Of a stretch of 64,000 nt of DNA, positions 49,801 through 63,490 are shown piece after piece (position 1 is the first letter of the stretch; each line of letters starts with the position of its first letter). The notes below the pieces were generated by a model, which was given only the letters and a program-made list of their open reading frames with translations, was not told the DNA's origin and did no database searches. This DNA comes from Ostrea edulis. Lineage: Eukaryota. The position numbers were made by a program, and so were the translations under genes. The stretch is from contig NC_079171.1 of NCBI RefSeq assembly GCF_947568905.1, forward strand, positions 16,244,001-16,308,000, in the 5' to 3' direction.

Positions 49801-52800
49801 CTTTTAAACAAAATTCAAACTCATTTTTAAAATTAAGACTTAATCAAGATTGAACCATAATGAGATACTTTTGAAATATCAGGATACAAAAGGCTGCAGT
49901 TTTTCAATTCAATTATGATAACTCTATAATTAACTGTTTTTTCTTTGGATCTACTAATTCTTATATAGAATTCATGCCATGTTACCATTTTTTAGAATTT
50001 TCTTTATGTCAAAGGAGTTAATACTACTTGTGTGAGGCCTCCTGCAGGAGTTAATATTACTTGTGTGAGGCCTCCTGCAGGAGTTAATATTACTTGTGTG
50101 AGGCCTCCTGCAGGAGTTAATATTACTTGTGTGAGGCCTCCTGCAGGAGTTAATATTACTTGTGTGAGGCCTCCTGCAGGAGTTAATATTACTTGTGTGA
50201 GGCCTCTTGCTCTAATTTTGTCAAAACCATTCTTAGAGCTCTTACTGTTCCTATATGTCATTGAACTTTGACCCCTAAATTTATAAGGTTTGAGCATCTT
50301 TTGACTATGACCATTACATTTTATATCACAGATACAACAAGGTTCACAGATGACAGAGATTTAATCAAACCCGGATAACCCAATACAACTTTGTCGATAT
50401 CTATATAATGATGCTAACCACTGAATAAGCATTTTCAATCAGTTGCTTAATTTTGAACAACAGAGGTCAAAATTTGACCACAGAATAAGACATTTTACCA
50501 GTGGTCAAAATTTGTAAAGTACTGAATAAGAGACTTGACCGGTGGTCACAAGTTAAGCACTGAATAAGTGATTTAACAGATTGATTTAACCAGGGTTTAG
50601 AAACCCAGACCTTGATGACCTCAACTTCAAATACCGTACTATTGTAGATGACTTTTATTCCATGGGGCCTAATTACCAGAGTACTGTAGATCACTTTTAT
50701 TTCACACGACCTAATTTTCATGAAGATACCATGATGTATTTCTTCATGAGAAATAACTTTTACGAATGATGATGTATTGACAATGTAAGAGTTTACTACC
50801 AGATCTAAATTTCATGAATGACTAGTCTTGCAAAATTATGCGTAAATAAAATGTGATTTACAGTATAATAAGGCACAACTCTGACTGATCAATTTCTGTT
50901 TTTCAATAGGTTAACTTACGGCAGCTATTTTGGCCTCATAATCATTTGTCAGCTGCACACACACTTCCTGGGCTTTGGCCTGACAAGCTTTCTCCACTCT
51001 TGCTCGCCATTTGTTCTCAATCGTCAAGTGCCATGCCTCCCAAACTTTTTGCTGAAGCCGTCGTTCATGGTACCGCTTGGCCAGTTTCTCCGCAAATTTC
51101 TACAAATCAAATATCTGTACATTATTCTATCCTTCATAAAATTTATGCATTGCAGTATTGGAAAAAAATCAAAACATCTGCATTATTGACAAACACACAT
51201 GTACAAAACATGAGACACCATCCTTGGATTTCAATTACGAAGTCATTCCCACAGGGAAAACTTGTACCATTTATATTTAAACTAGTTTTCATTGAAGAGA
51301 TTCTTCTACATTTTAAACCTGATAACTACTTATATACAGCATGCATTCAAACAATAAATATACTGTGATAGTATGCATATGAATGCATTTCAAATTTCAA
51401 AATATATGTTAGCCAAATGTAAATATATTTCATATCATTTAAAAAAAAAAATTTCCTTTTACCAATTGAATTAGACTTACCTCCCTTTTAAGATCTATGT
51501 GCTGTATCTTCCAATCAGAGAAGGTCCGCAGGGCGTCCTGCTTTTCCCTCTGTTTGCTGAGAGCCTGCGTCAGATTGGAGATGACCTGGTCCTTCCTCTG
51601 GACAGATGCCTCGTACGTGTGAAGCAGTTCCTTCATTCTCTCTATTTCATTCTGAAGGCTGGTTCGTTCTGATGCTGAACTACAATGTGAAAAGGGGTAT
51701 TAGTACAAGTCTGTCTCTTCTATGTGGGGCCAACAAAGGGGTAAGTACAAGTCTGTCTATTCTATGTGGGGCCAACAAAGGAGTAAGTACAAGTCTGTCT
51801 ATTCTATGTGGGACCAACAAATGAAGGCCAAAACCAATAGCTTTCAACTCGCATATCCCATTGAAAAGCTATGTGAATTTCTAAATTCATGCGAATTTCT
51901 AGGTATTTTTGTGTAGTTATCCCGAAAGAAAGAAGTGAGATTTTAAAAACAACACATTTTCCTAGAAATCTATACAGGTTACTTACAACTTCACAATTTA
52001 AGAATGAAATTTATACAAGATGTGTTTGTAAAACACTGATGCCCCCAGATTACTATCAGGTCAAAGGTCACATGGTAAAAGATTTTGGTGTCAATGGAGA
52101 AGTTTTGCCACAAGAAACCTGAAATATACCCATGCCAAATATGAAAGCTCTACTTCTTATGGTGTAAAAGATATGACCAAGGTTAGTGTTTTTGGTTAAA
52201 AAAATTTGCCACAGACAGATGGACAGGCAAATAACTATATGCCCCCAAACCCTCCATTCCGGGGCCATAAAAAGAAATATAATTCAAGTTAATATCTATC
52301 AAGGTAGCATACATATACAACTTTTTAATTTTAGAAGTATCAACAAATTTTCTTTGTAATTACATGTAATAATATTTCTCTACAGAAGAGAAAATCCTGA
52401 ATCTTTTAAAACAATACTCAAATTAATTAGTTTTCTTTACTAACACAACCACCATAATGATGCAACTCCTTTTCAAAAACACTCAAGCTGATATTGAGTT
52501 TAGACACTCACCATTGCTGTTCTCTGATTAAAGTGTGTTTACTTCGCTCCACAATTCTGATCTTGGCTTGACTAAACTCAGTCTATAAAATCAAATTCAA
52601 ACTATCATATGAAGTTCAAAAGTTCATTTTTCAAGCTAAGATGATCGTGCAGTTCTGTTATAAACTTCACTATGGCAGCACTGTCACACAGAATTCCTTG
52701 TGATATCAAGGATAATTAAAAACTTTACCTACTGCAATCTTTTCAATTGTCATCTTTTTTTTTTTCCTGCTTGAAAGCTTCATAATTGCTGCATTCAGAA

Positions 52801-55800
52801 CCTCATCACAATTTTTAAGATTATTTTGAAGGAATGTAAAAACTATGGAAGGTATGAACTGTACGCTTCAAGCCGGCATACTTCATTAGTTTATTTCTGT
52901 TTCTTATATCTACACTCTACATTCATTTCCATCAGAATTTCCTGCCATTAAAATAGATGTACTACATTTATCTGTCTTCATACACACATTGTTTACAACT
53001 GCATCATGTTGATGAGAAGATGGCTATTCTTACAATTTGTACAAATATCAAAGACAAAAACATTAGAAGTGTAAATAGGACAATCTGTACGTCCCTTTGA
53101 GAAAAACTGTACTTTTTTTCATAATTTACCAAAACATTCTTTTTCAGATCTAACGTCCACTGGTCCAACATACTCTCCATTTTTGTTACATCTGGGTCAA
53201 CAGATGACACATATTCCATTTCTACTGTGTTCTGCTCCCTCTGAAATGAACTCTGACCCTCATTTCGGAATGACCTTTGACCCTCACTGTGAAAGGACCT
53301 TTGACCCTCATCATGATCAGAATGACTGGTGTTTTTGGAATGGAAAAGAGGGGGAGGGATTTTCTTTTGTTCTTCTGAAATGAAAATCAAACGTTAGCAT
53401 AGCTGTCATGATAACTGGAGCTGTTACATGTACAGGATGGAACGAGTCATACTACACGCTTCCCCATACAATGCCCAACTTCACACAAGTCTTACAGGTG
53501 ATTATGTAAAAATGTTTCAGTTCAATAAATCATTTAGTATATACATGCATGTGTAATATGTTGTTTTAACATATTTCATGTCTTTAATTGTTCACCTCCA
53601 CATTTTGTAGGTCTCCATCTCTTCAAATTCTACTAAATGAATGAGTGACGATAACGAATAATCGCATAAATCCTATAAGGAACACAAAAGTAAGAGTAGG
53701 ACAAACAACAATAGAATCTGCTGCCTATGAGGAGTAAGCAGCCCCTGTTAACTGGTCACGTCCACTGTGACCCCTGTATGATGTAATGTGCAGTTCTCAC
53801 CATTTTATATTTTTAAACATTCTAAATTTTATCTAAATCTGGTTCAGTGTTTATCTATTTCAATGGTGAAATCATATACTGCAATAACTCTTTAAAACAT
53901 TTTTGTCCTTACCTGCTGATCGGGTATTGCGAGGTGTCTCCTGATCAGACAGCTCGGAATGCTGGGAATCTATCGGACTCTGACCAAAATCTGGAAGTTC
54001 CGACTCTCTGGTAACCTTGACAACTACAGGTGTTGTGTCTGCATCATCTTCAGATTCTGTAAAGATAAAGTTCCCATTTTAAAATATCTTTATAATATGA
54101 ATCCAACGCACAACTTTCAAAGAAGGAATTTGTATCATATCACATTTCACATGATAATGAACTTCATTTTCATCAAATCTTTTCATCATGATGAGGTTTC
54201 TAATAATAGATTAAAAAAATTCAAGCATTCAGTGTTTTGTTCCTTCTTTTCAAGAAAGATATTTGTGAGCACTGAGTGACAACAGCAGAATAGTGTTTAC
54301 AATATAAGAAACATGTTTAAAATCGTGGAATTTTGCTTATAATGTCAGAATACTATTCATAATATTGGAATAGTGTTTACAACACTGAAATCATTTTTAC
54401 AAAATCAGAATATTGTTTCCACCATCAGAATAGTACATGTATTTAAAATATCAGAGTGCAGCACATTAGCTATTTTTTGGTAAAAACATGCACATGGCTT
54501 TTATGGACACACACAGCGGATCACATGATTAAAATATCATGTCAGAAATTCCACACCACGGTAGTGGTTATCTTCCCTTTAATCTTCACTATAATGCCAT
54601 CGCCTACTACACTTCATAATGTAGTTTTATAAGCTATGATGTCTTAGCTAGGTATAAGCCATGTACACAGTGATAAGGCTCTCAAACTCACGCAAAAAAA
54701 AAATTTGCTAGGACATGTTTTTTTGTTGTTTTTTTAGTTTTCTTTGTTTGGGGGGGAAGGTGTGTATCTCTCCACAAATTTTCATTCAACTTTAATTATA
54801 TTTATTCACAATAAATTTCATTTGTATAGTCCTTTCAGATTTTAAAATATCGACTATAAGCATTGCTAGTAGTTTAAGGATATGTGACAATATTAGGAAA
54901 ATTCAATGTCACCTAGTTCATTATTGATGTCAGCTGAAGCATTTGATATTGCTATGACATAATAATTTTTTCAATGTGTTTTTTAAAAAAAATCATGGAC
55001 ATATATTTTTGTAAATTACTTTAAAATGTCAGTAAAAATATCAAAATGGAATTTTACTTCATAAATTTTCATGCATGTATTATTTAAGGTTTATTATCCA
55101 AACCATAAAATCTGGAAAAAAACTACTGAAAAAAAATATTGAAAGGGTATCAATTCCATATAGCCTTATTGATAATTGATACAGAGATTAATTTCAGAAT
55201 AAAATCATGATGTAATGTATTCACTCTGATGTTAAGGGTAGGTAACTCTTCCGTGCCTATTACTCTCTGCTATAACCAGATGAACATACATTTTGGTTAC
55301 CTTGGTAACATTACCTTCTTCCCCCTGAACCTGAACCAGTTTTTCTCTTGTCACTTGTGGAAATGATCCTATAACTTCTGCAAAAGTTTGTGGGATAAGT
55401 TTGGGATCATAGGTAGGGACAACCACAGCATGCTTCAGGAGTTCCTCATATTCCTCCTGAAAAACAGTAAAACACCTCAAGAACTGGAGATTGTTTTTAT
55501 GAAATACAAATGTCTCCCCAGCTCCCCAAAGTGGAAGTGCTCCAAATGAAACCTCCTCCCCTTAATGTCCTGCATGGTATGGAGGAGAAAGCATGAGCAG
55601 GAACACAGACATTATGAACTCTGATAAGCCATATAGGAGAAGTGTTCACAAAGGATTCTACACCCTCCATCCCTCCGACCCACTATAACTTTAAGGATAA
55701 CAATTGGATCCTCCTGTACCTACAATATGCATATCTGCACATGGCATTGAAGTATTGTACAAAATTTCAAGTCTATCGGATAAGAAATATCATATAGGAG

Positions 55801-56689
55801 GAGAAGTGTTCACAAGCTATTTTAACATCCTCCTCCCCTCTTAGATCCATTGTAACTTTTTGGAAAATGATTAAATCCTCCTGTTCCGATAATATGCACA
55901 TCTACAAATGGCAATAAAGCATTGTACTAAATTTCAAGTCTATCCAATAAGCCATATAGGAAGAGAAACATTCACCAGATTTTGTGACAGACAGACAGAC
56001 AAACAGAGTACAAAAACAATGTCTCCCCCTGGAAGAGGTGAGACATAGTAAACAGTGCTGATACCTAAGGATCACACTAAAGCCTAAAATAATACACTAT
56101 TTCAATCTTGCAAACTCAAATGTTTTACTGCTTCAAAGAATTCTTTTATTTTAGGAACAATTCACTGCAGTCACCAACCATCGAATTCTTAGATCTTACT
56201 CCCCCTCAAAAACTAACTACAGTCACCAACCATCAAAGTCTTGGATTATCACTTCTTTGAAATTTTAAAATACTTAAACAACAACACTTTGGGAAGAATT
56301 AGGTAGATTACTAAAACTTCCACTGCTCATTTAAATTTCAGTAAATCACTCGGGTCATCATCCATCCAAATTCGTTGATCCAATTGAATTAACTAACCCA
56401 CTAAGATTCTCAGTACAGTGTAACTTACTCACCACCCACCAGAATCTTGGATCCCTTCTCAAGAATTTACTACAGTCACCACCCATCAAAATCATACATC
56501 TCTTCTCAAGAACTTACTACAGTCACCACCCTTAAAAGTCTTGGATCTCAACTCAAGAACTTACTACAGTCACCACCAATCAAATTCTTGGATCCCTTCT
56601 CAGGAACTTACCATCAGCCTACTGGAGACAGAGCTTCCCGGGGAGTCCGGGGGGAGTTCTGGAACACTGTCCTCATCCACTGACGACAT
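43824..56689 (-). CDS. POC5: Centrosomal protein POC5 (11 coding exons, 591 aa)
   Basis: Exons 56689-56612, 55456-55315, 54056-53913, 53374-53130, 52582-52512, 51679-51481, 51099-50920, 48631-48478, 47771-47572, 47384-47172, 43973-43824 (1776 bp, all GT-AG, phases match). Motifs [102 protein letters not shown]. Confidence 0.92.
46190..47149. mobile_element. PIF/Harbinger-type non-autonomous element in the last POC5 intron
   Basis: TAA TSD (46187-89, 47150-52); TIR gggctgttccagaaat / gggctattccagaaat. Confidence 0.85.
49245..49532. repeat. Minisatellite of tgtttcccaatcaatcaatcag with variable (aatc)n
   Basis: Direct reading; the ORF-track proteins here are repeat artefacts. Confidence 0.95.
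50015..50205. repeat. 33-bp tandem x~6
   Basis: gtgaggcctcctgcaggagttaatattacttgt. Confidence 0.95.
51690..51822. repeat. ~40-bp tandem x3 next to a POC5 acceptor
   Basis: gtaagtacaagtctgtctattctatgtggggccaacaaagg. Confidence 0.85.
52015..52273 (-). mobile_element. Short HINE
   Basis: acaagatgtgtttgtaaaacac..atgcccc, ggtcaaaggtca, gacagatggacag microsatellite, tatgccccc..ggggccataaaaa. Confidence 0.65.
53640..53790 (-). mobile_element. Degenerate Penelope-like 3' tail copy
   Basis: gataacgaa..tcctataagg..gaggagtaagcagcccctgttaactggtcac. Confidence 0.5.
55478..56050 (-). mobile_element. HINE with ~170-bp internal monomers
   Basis: tgtctcccc subTIRs at both ends, (gaca)n microsatellite, repeated aaatttcaagtctat..gccatatagga monomers. 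Confidence 0.7.
56423..56611. repeat. 47-bp tandem x4 starting at the POC5 exon-1 donor
   Basis: acttac/atttac (rc GTAAGT/GTAAAT) ending at 56611, 56564, 56517 and 56470; another at 56428. Confidence 0.85.
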
Positions 56690-57653
56690 CCCTGCCTCTG
56701 ATCTAGAAAAATCATGTACACACAATTACATTAAATACATATGTATACCTACAGATGAGTACATGTATCACAAAATGGCCATCTTTGACAAGTTTCAGTC
56801 TTAGAATTTTATAGATTCATTAATTCTTTTATGTTTTTATCAAATACTGATATCTTGATTGTAATCTGATGAAAATGTGTGAGATTACAATATCCTTCTG
56901 GGTGATGTTTTCTAAAATCCTATATCAATGAGTGTTCTTGAAAATAACAGTAGTATGAATTAAACAAAAGACAGGCTGATTCCGGTTCGACATCACTCAA
57001 TCTGTGTCATGTTCCAACTAGGCTTTACAGTCGCCCAGTTCTGAGGCAGGATAAGACTGTAATGACATGATAACTGTTAGCTGCAGACCCTAGCAGACAC
57101 AACGAGACTATTTTGTGTGACATCTGTCCAACTGGGTGGTAAAATTCCCAAGCAACTGCCATCAGGACTCAAAATTTACTATAATAACTTGTTACTTCAT
57201 GAGGGGAAATTTCCAATGTGAGTTAAAAATTGGAAAACAAATTTTGTGAAGCTGATTTTTTTAACTAATGTTTTTTCTGAAGAAATTATTTCATTTATAA
57301 TTGGTATGAACTGATTTCGGTTCATGTTGAATACTTAAACGCTTAATTCCATGACTTGTACCTAGCAAGTTCGATTTTACAATTTGCTTGTAGAATTTAT
57401 GGACACAGACAAAAAGTTGTGAGATGGGAAAAAAAGTTTTCATTCCTGACCATCAGCGAGATGGAATGCTAACCCCTGCACTACCTGGACATTATGAATT
57501 AATACTGATGATATTTACTATGGATAGGTTTACTGTTTTTGAAATCAGATTTATTCTAGAAATAAATTTCATGAAGCAGCTCATACCCTCATGTATTTTC
57601 AACAATGAAATTTATTTCTTATGTTTACATTCTACTTCAATCTGTTGGAATTC

Positions 57654-58176
57654 CCAGCCCTTACAATATAGACATACTATACCAGCCCTTACAATATAGA
57701 CATACTATACCAGCCCTTACAATAGACATACTATACCAGCCCTTACAATAGACATACTATACCAGCCCTTACAATAGACATACTGTACCAGCCCTTACAA
57801 TAGACATACTATACCAGCCCTTACAATAGACATACTATACCAGCCCTTACAATAGACATACTGTACCAGCCCTTACAATAGACATACTATACCAGCCCTT
57901 ACAATAGACATACTATACCAGCCCTTACAATAGACATACTATACAAGCCCTTACAATAGACATACTATACAAGCCCTTACAATAGACATACTATACCAGT
58001 CCTTACAATAGACATACTATACCAGCCCTTACAATAGACATACTATACCAGCCCTTACAATAGATATACTATACCAGCCCTTACAATAGACATACTATAC
58101 CAGCCCTTACAATAGACATACTATACCAGCCCTTACAATAGACATACTATACCAGCCCTTACAATAGACATACTGT
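57654..58176. repeat. 26-bp minisatellite x~20
   Basis: ccagcccttacaatagacatactata. Confidence 0.95.
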
Positions 58177-58220
58177 ATTTATCAAAGTTGTTATGACATA
58201 GTGGTTGTTGTGACGTTTAA

Positions 58221-59021
58221 AGGGAAAGGCAACCCTAACCACATTGTTGTTATTATGAATAAAGTATCACTTACTGATATCATAATTGACAGTCTTTAAC
58301 TACAAAAATCCTTGCTCAACAATTAAATCAATATTAATCTATCATGTATTTTAAATTACCCGCCGCTAAGAGAGCGGCCATTGATGTTTAATTTATGACG
58401 TCACACGGTTTATTTCATCAGTAGCACTGTAAACATGACAAGTCACGAACAGTTGAGTTTGGAGCCATATAGATTTGAGCCCGTTCTATCGCAAGAAGAA
58501 ATTGAGAATTGAAGACGTGTAGTCAAGCTGCAGACCAGGCAGACGGTAAACATTTCTTCATACAAATGTCTCGAACTTTAACTTGTCATTACGCAAATGA
58601 TGGATCCACAGTTTACGTAGTCTTTTCTTTTCAAATGACTTGGTTGGGTTGGGAATTTAGAGAAAAAAATTTTTTTTCGCATCTCCCCTTCGCATTAGTG
58701 TAATTGCAAAGACAGGAAAGCATCAACCTATTTATTCGTAAGATCTACCACATGCATATCTTTGATGATCTTAGAATCTCATCAAAACCGGAACAGACGA
58801 TGTGACGTCAAAATTATTGATTTTTGTGGTCTTAAATACAAAAGAGTTACACATCATGGCAGCCTCTATAGATGGCGGGAATTTCAATTTTTAAAAAACA
58901 TTTTCAAATTAGTACAGAAGCTTATCTAGGCCATATTATCAACAGAATAGTATGACAAATCTTTATCATATAATTAATCCCATCATTTATCACATAAAAA
59001 TCTTTTAGGTTGCCTTTCCCA
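58221..59021. mobile_element. Kolobok-type MITE
   Basis: TTAA flanks; TIR agggaaaggcaacc / ggttgcct..ccca. Confidence 0.7.
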
Positions 59022-59022
59022 T

Positions 59023-59400
59023 TAAGTAAGTAAGTAATTTATTAGAGTGACATGTGTTTTACAGTAATTCACAACATTTTACAAAGTACATAAATGATTG
59101 AACACCCAACCCATTGAATAACTGTGATGTATTGACTGTTGTGACGTACTGAGGTGCTGGTTAATAGTAATAACAGTAATTCTGGAATTATTCTATTCTG
59201 TGATAACCCAAATAGGCTAGTAAATTAATAAAAAGTTTAAGTAACCACATCACTTTTTGTAACCAAATTTCCATATAAACTGATCCTGATATCCACCACA
59301 TGGACAGTTGCAAAAAGAAAGTTTGTAAACATTGGGTGAAATATTCACTATCAACAAAAGTATTTAAAAAACCATGAATGACCTTAAAACTTGACAAATG
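59023..59400 (-). mobile_element. Decayed CR1-like LINE 3' end
   Basis: (taag)n tail after an aataaatt (rc) signal; upstream rc resembles LRGH...SF..RVVD.WNSL. Confidence 0.35.
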
Positions 59401-59454
59401 TAGGACATTGCAGGGTTGTGCATATATGTTACATGTTGTTATCTTTGTGTATTA

Positions 59455-59590
59455 TACAAGAATAGATATGGGTTACCCCATATCCAAAAAATTCGACTTT
59501 TGATTTACTCGTAGCAAATACTGTGACCAGTCTTGCTTCACTAGCAAACAGTGCGCACACCTGTCCTTGACCTTTTAACCTTGAAAAAAA
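59455..59590 (-). mobile_element. HINE right-end fragment
   Basis: acaagaatag plus palindrome gatatgggttaccccatatc; ccttgacctt motif. Confidence 0.45.
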
Positions 59591-61847
59591 TGTACAATTA
59601 TATGAACAATACTAAAGAAGGATAATTTAAAATCTTGTCTTTATATTAGCTGAAAAATACATATATAGAGTAATGCAAAAATCAAGAAGGTGAAAATCAC
59701 TTTGTAGATATTTACTATGATATCCCCCTCCCCATCTAATTTTATTTCTATTTCTTTTTTAATTGAAAAAATGCCCACCCCAGAATCAATTGTGTCCCCT
59801 TTCTTGATAAAAAAAAAAGTAGAAATATCTTATTTCCAAACCTTTAATCCACCCCTTCTATCATTTAAAATTCTCTCTGTTATGGTTATATTTGTATTTT
59901 CTAAACCTTATGAATTCATAAATTTTGCACATGAGGATCACAACCTATGCACTTATTCAACAAGAAACGTATACTTTGCCTTAATAAATTTTATCTATAT
60001 ATTGGGGAAAAAAAACCTGGGAATCATTTTGAATTGCAGGGAATTTCGTAAACGAGAGACTTAAATAAACTTTTCTGCGTAAACTTTTTTTCCATGCAAA
60101 AATACCACCTAGTACCTCATCTACGCAATACCGATCTGTCTAGTAGAGAATATTGCAGACGTAATTTTTTTTTACACGTGTTTCTTTACTTTGTTCACTG
60201 ACAACAAGCAGAAATCACATAAACTGCAATATAAATGTTGATAAGTTGAGTACCATTAAAAAAAAAAAACACAAGTTGGAAAAACCCACATATATGTATT
60301 ACTTTAATAAAATGATTTGATAGCCTTTTGTCTTTTAAAACTACCGTTACCAGTGGTAACATGTTTTCCTTTAGATATCACATTTATTCTCTTTTCTGTT
60401 CAGTTGTTTTCCTCTGCTCTGATTACATTATATATTTAATTAATACCAGCGTCTATGAAGCCGTGTTGACAAAGCATCATACTTGTTTATAACGGTCGAT
60501 AACTCGTAGTCGTACGTATTGTATAAGACAAATGCCGATGTCAAAATCATCGGCATTTACCAGAAGTGCTCTGTTATACATATAAATCCTTATAAAAAAG
60601 AAAACACACACATTTAATGATTAACATTCTCTCTCAGAAGAAATTGTATGATAATTAACGAACAATAATCATGAAAGGAAAATAATTGTCAATCAAAGAA
60701 TGACCTATATATTTTCGTGAAAAACACTGAGGAGGCAGCTAGCGTAGGAATATAAATACTTCTTATTTACATTTCTGGTGAAAAAGTGATTTTCTTAAAA
60801 TCATTTGACGTTAATTTTGTTTTCTTCTACGTATTACATACACATCGATGTTCTAAACATTTGTTGTAATGTTGTATCTGCTGATCATGAATGAAACTAT
60901 ATTTTTTCAGAGCAATTGTGTGAAGGGTACCCGAATCCAGTAATAAATCTTGAATAGATACATGTAGTATGCACTGATCGAATTTATTAAAAATAAAAGT
61001 AGTGTCAGCTTTCTTTGATAATGTGAATAGGAGTTATGAATAGTGGCATTAAGCTGTTGTTTTTCTACATCTCTATTTCTAACATGGACTAGTTTTGTTT
61101 TTTCTTTCCCCTTATTGACCAAGTGCTATTTAATATAAAAAATACCCCCAAATATCCACTTTTTCACATCAAAATAGGGACTACTTTTTAAAAAAAAATT
61201 AATCTTTTTAAAACTTATTTCATTCAATGTCGTAAGATGACGATTATATAGAAAATGTGACCGGTACCGGTCAACATGCAAACCGATCTATCAAGGTTTC
61301 TTTCCAAAGTTTTCTAGATTATGTGGCAAAAATTATAAAATATAATGATGTAAACATCTCATATCCCGTTCATTTTTTATTCATTGGACGCCGTGCATTA
61401 TGCAAAAGTGTGGACGGAAAACTTCAAAAACAAGGTTCACGACGGCTGATCTCGAGCAAGTTGAAACATGCAAACTATCGCAAATAACCGAATATCTATT
61501 TCCTATCATAGAATTAAAAAAAAAACATTTTTCATTAAATTGCAAATCAATCATCTGATCTTTGAATTACAAGAAAAGCAGAAATGTTTCTCTACCTATT
61601 TCAATAACTGCAATACCCCTCAATCTATTCTCTTACTCCAGATAGCAGTGTTCCTCCATGTTTTGTAAACAAGATTCAATTTCGTACAAGATTTGTAAGC
61701 ATGTATTTGATTGGCCGATAGATTCGGATAGTAAAAAATAGTCCACGACAGAAAAAATTATTCCGGGTTACGAATACTTTTAGTATCATAAAACATCCTC
61801 ACAACGTTAGGTGCAGAAAAAATGGGTCGATTCAGGGTAACAACAGA

Positions 61848-62740
61848 CAAGAGGCCCATGGGTCTTAACGGTCACCTGAGTATCATTAAGCCTCAATATG
61901 GGGTATTTTGTGCACATCTACATAAATAATCTTTCAAAATATGCAATTACAGAAAGAAAAATGGAAGTTTGAAGAATATGAATCATTTTAACTGACACCC
62001 TCCCCCAGTGGCGGATTCGCACCCCCCCCCCCTAAAAATTTTTAATTTAAGGTAAATCGTGGTATCTTGTTTAGAAAAATGTACTAAACGATAAAAGAAG
62101 CAATAATTTCTTCCACTCCCGGAGAACTTAATTTTTTTCCAAAAACCCTTAAAATTTGCGTCATTTTACTATTTTCATCTTATTAAAAATGATAGAAAAG
62201 AGTACAAATGACTCAAATAGGAGACATATTTCAAGCCCTGTAAAATCCAGGAGCTTTCGGGGGCTTCGCCCCCTGGGCCCCCACCAGGGAAAAGCCCTGG
62301 ACCCACTGGAGGCCTCAAGGCGGCCCCCAGACCCCCTGCCTCATAAAGCGGCGCCCCGGTAACTGCAATTCCTGGATCCGCCCCTAACCCCCCCCCCCCT
62401 CGAAAGTCTAAATTGACCATGCATTTAGTTTATATCCCATAAATGTGAAAGTAGATATAAGGGGGGAAAAGATTTTTATACATTTTCGTATGTGGCCATA
62501 TAGGCCCTGCCCAAGGGCTTCAACCATGACCCAGAAACCATAAAAAATTCTCATTTTAGGTAGAGAGCTTCATGGAGATCAAAATCATGTATTTAGTTTT
62601 TTTCAAATGAATATGGAAGTAGAGGAAAATATTTCCGAAAAATTTGATACATTTTTTTACATTTGGCCATATTTGCAAAACCACTGACCCAGGAGCCACG
62701 AATTTCACACTTTAGGTAGAGAGCTTCACGGACACGTGTT
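61848..62740 (-). mobile_element. HINE fragment interrupted by a MITE
   Basis: acaagaggcccatgggtcttaacggtcacctgagt end; two monomers with ggccata..gacccag..tttaggtagagagcttca. Confidence 0.6.
62006..62386. mobile_element. hAT-like MITE
   Basis: Termini cagtggcggatt / ggatccgccccta; internal ggggcttcgcccc and cccagacccc; C-rich imperfect flanks. Confidence 0.6.
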
Positions 62741-63024
62741 ATGTTATGATTTTCACGAAAAGCTACCATTGAAAGATAAGAATGTAACATTGAAAGATGA
62801 ATGTAACAACCAACCAACCAACCAACCCCCACCACCACCACCACCACGTGCTATAAGATTTTGATGTATACATGTACATATATGGTCAAAGAGAAAAATA
62901 GGAGGAGTTGGGGTTTTTTTAATTGTCAAGAATGCCCCATACCTACATTACTTAGGGGGCAAAACGTTGCTATATGTCTTTGAGTAACAAGATAAAAAGT
63001 CGCAATAAAGACCAATAAAAAAAA

Positions 63025-63490
63025 ATACCGGACTGTTTCTTCACGGATCACTGGATGTGGGCGGAGCTTATCTATGGTCATTGTTATTTTTATTTACCTG
63101 GCCAAGAGATCAGGCTGTTGTGTACACTTTTGATCTACATAGGAAGTGTCTCAGGGTCGTCTGTAGAGTTTTTGTGGTCATATTGTTTGCATACCGGACG
63201 GTTTCCTCACGGATCACTTGATGTGGGCGGAGCTTATCTATGGTCATTGTTATTTTTATTTACCTGGCCAAGAGATCAGGCTGTTGTGTACACTTTTGAT
63301 CTACATAGGAAGTATCTCAGGGCTGTGTGTAGAGTTTTTGTGGTCATATTGTTTGCATACCGGACGGTTTCCTCACGGATCACTGGATGTAGGCGGAGCT
63401 TATCTATGGTCATTGTTATTTTTATTTACCTGACCAAGTGTACAGTTTTGATATACACAGGAAGTATATCAGGGCTGTGTGTAGTGTTTC
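63025..63490. repeat. 166-bp tandem repeat x~2.7
   Basis: cacggatcac at 63042, 63208, 63374. Confidence 0.9.

Noticed and set aside
49208-50297. ORF-track proteins with repeated peptides (also 34748-34975, 63055-63501)
   Set aside because: Translations of intronic or intergenic minisatellites.
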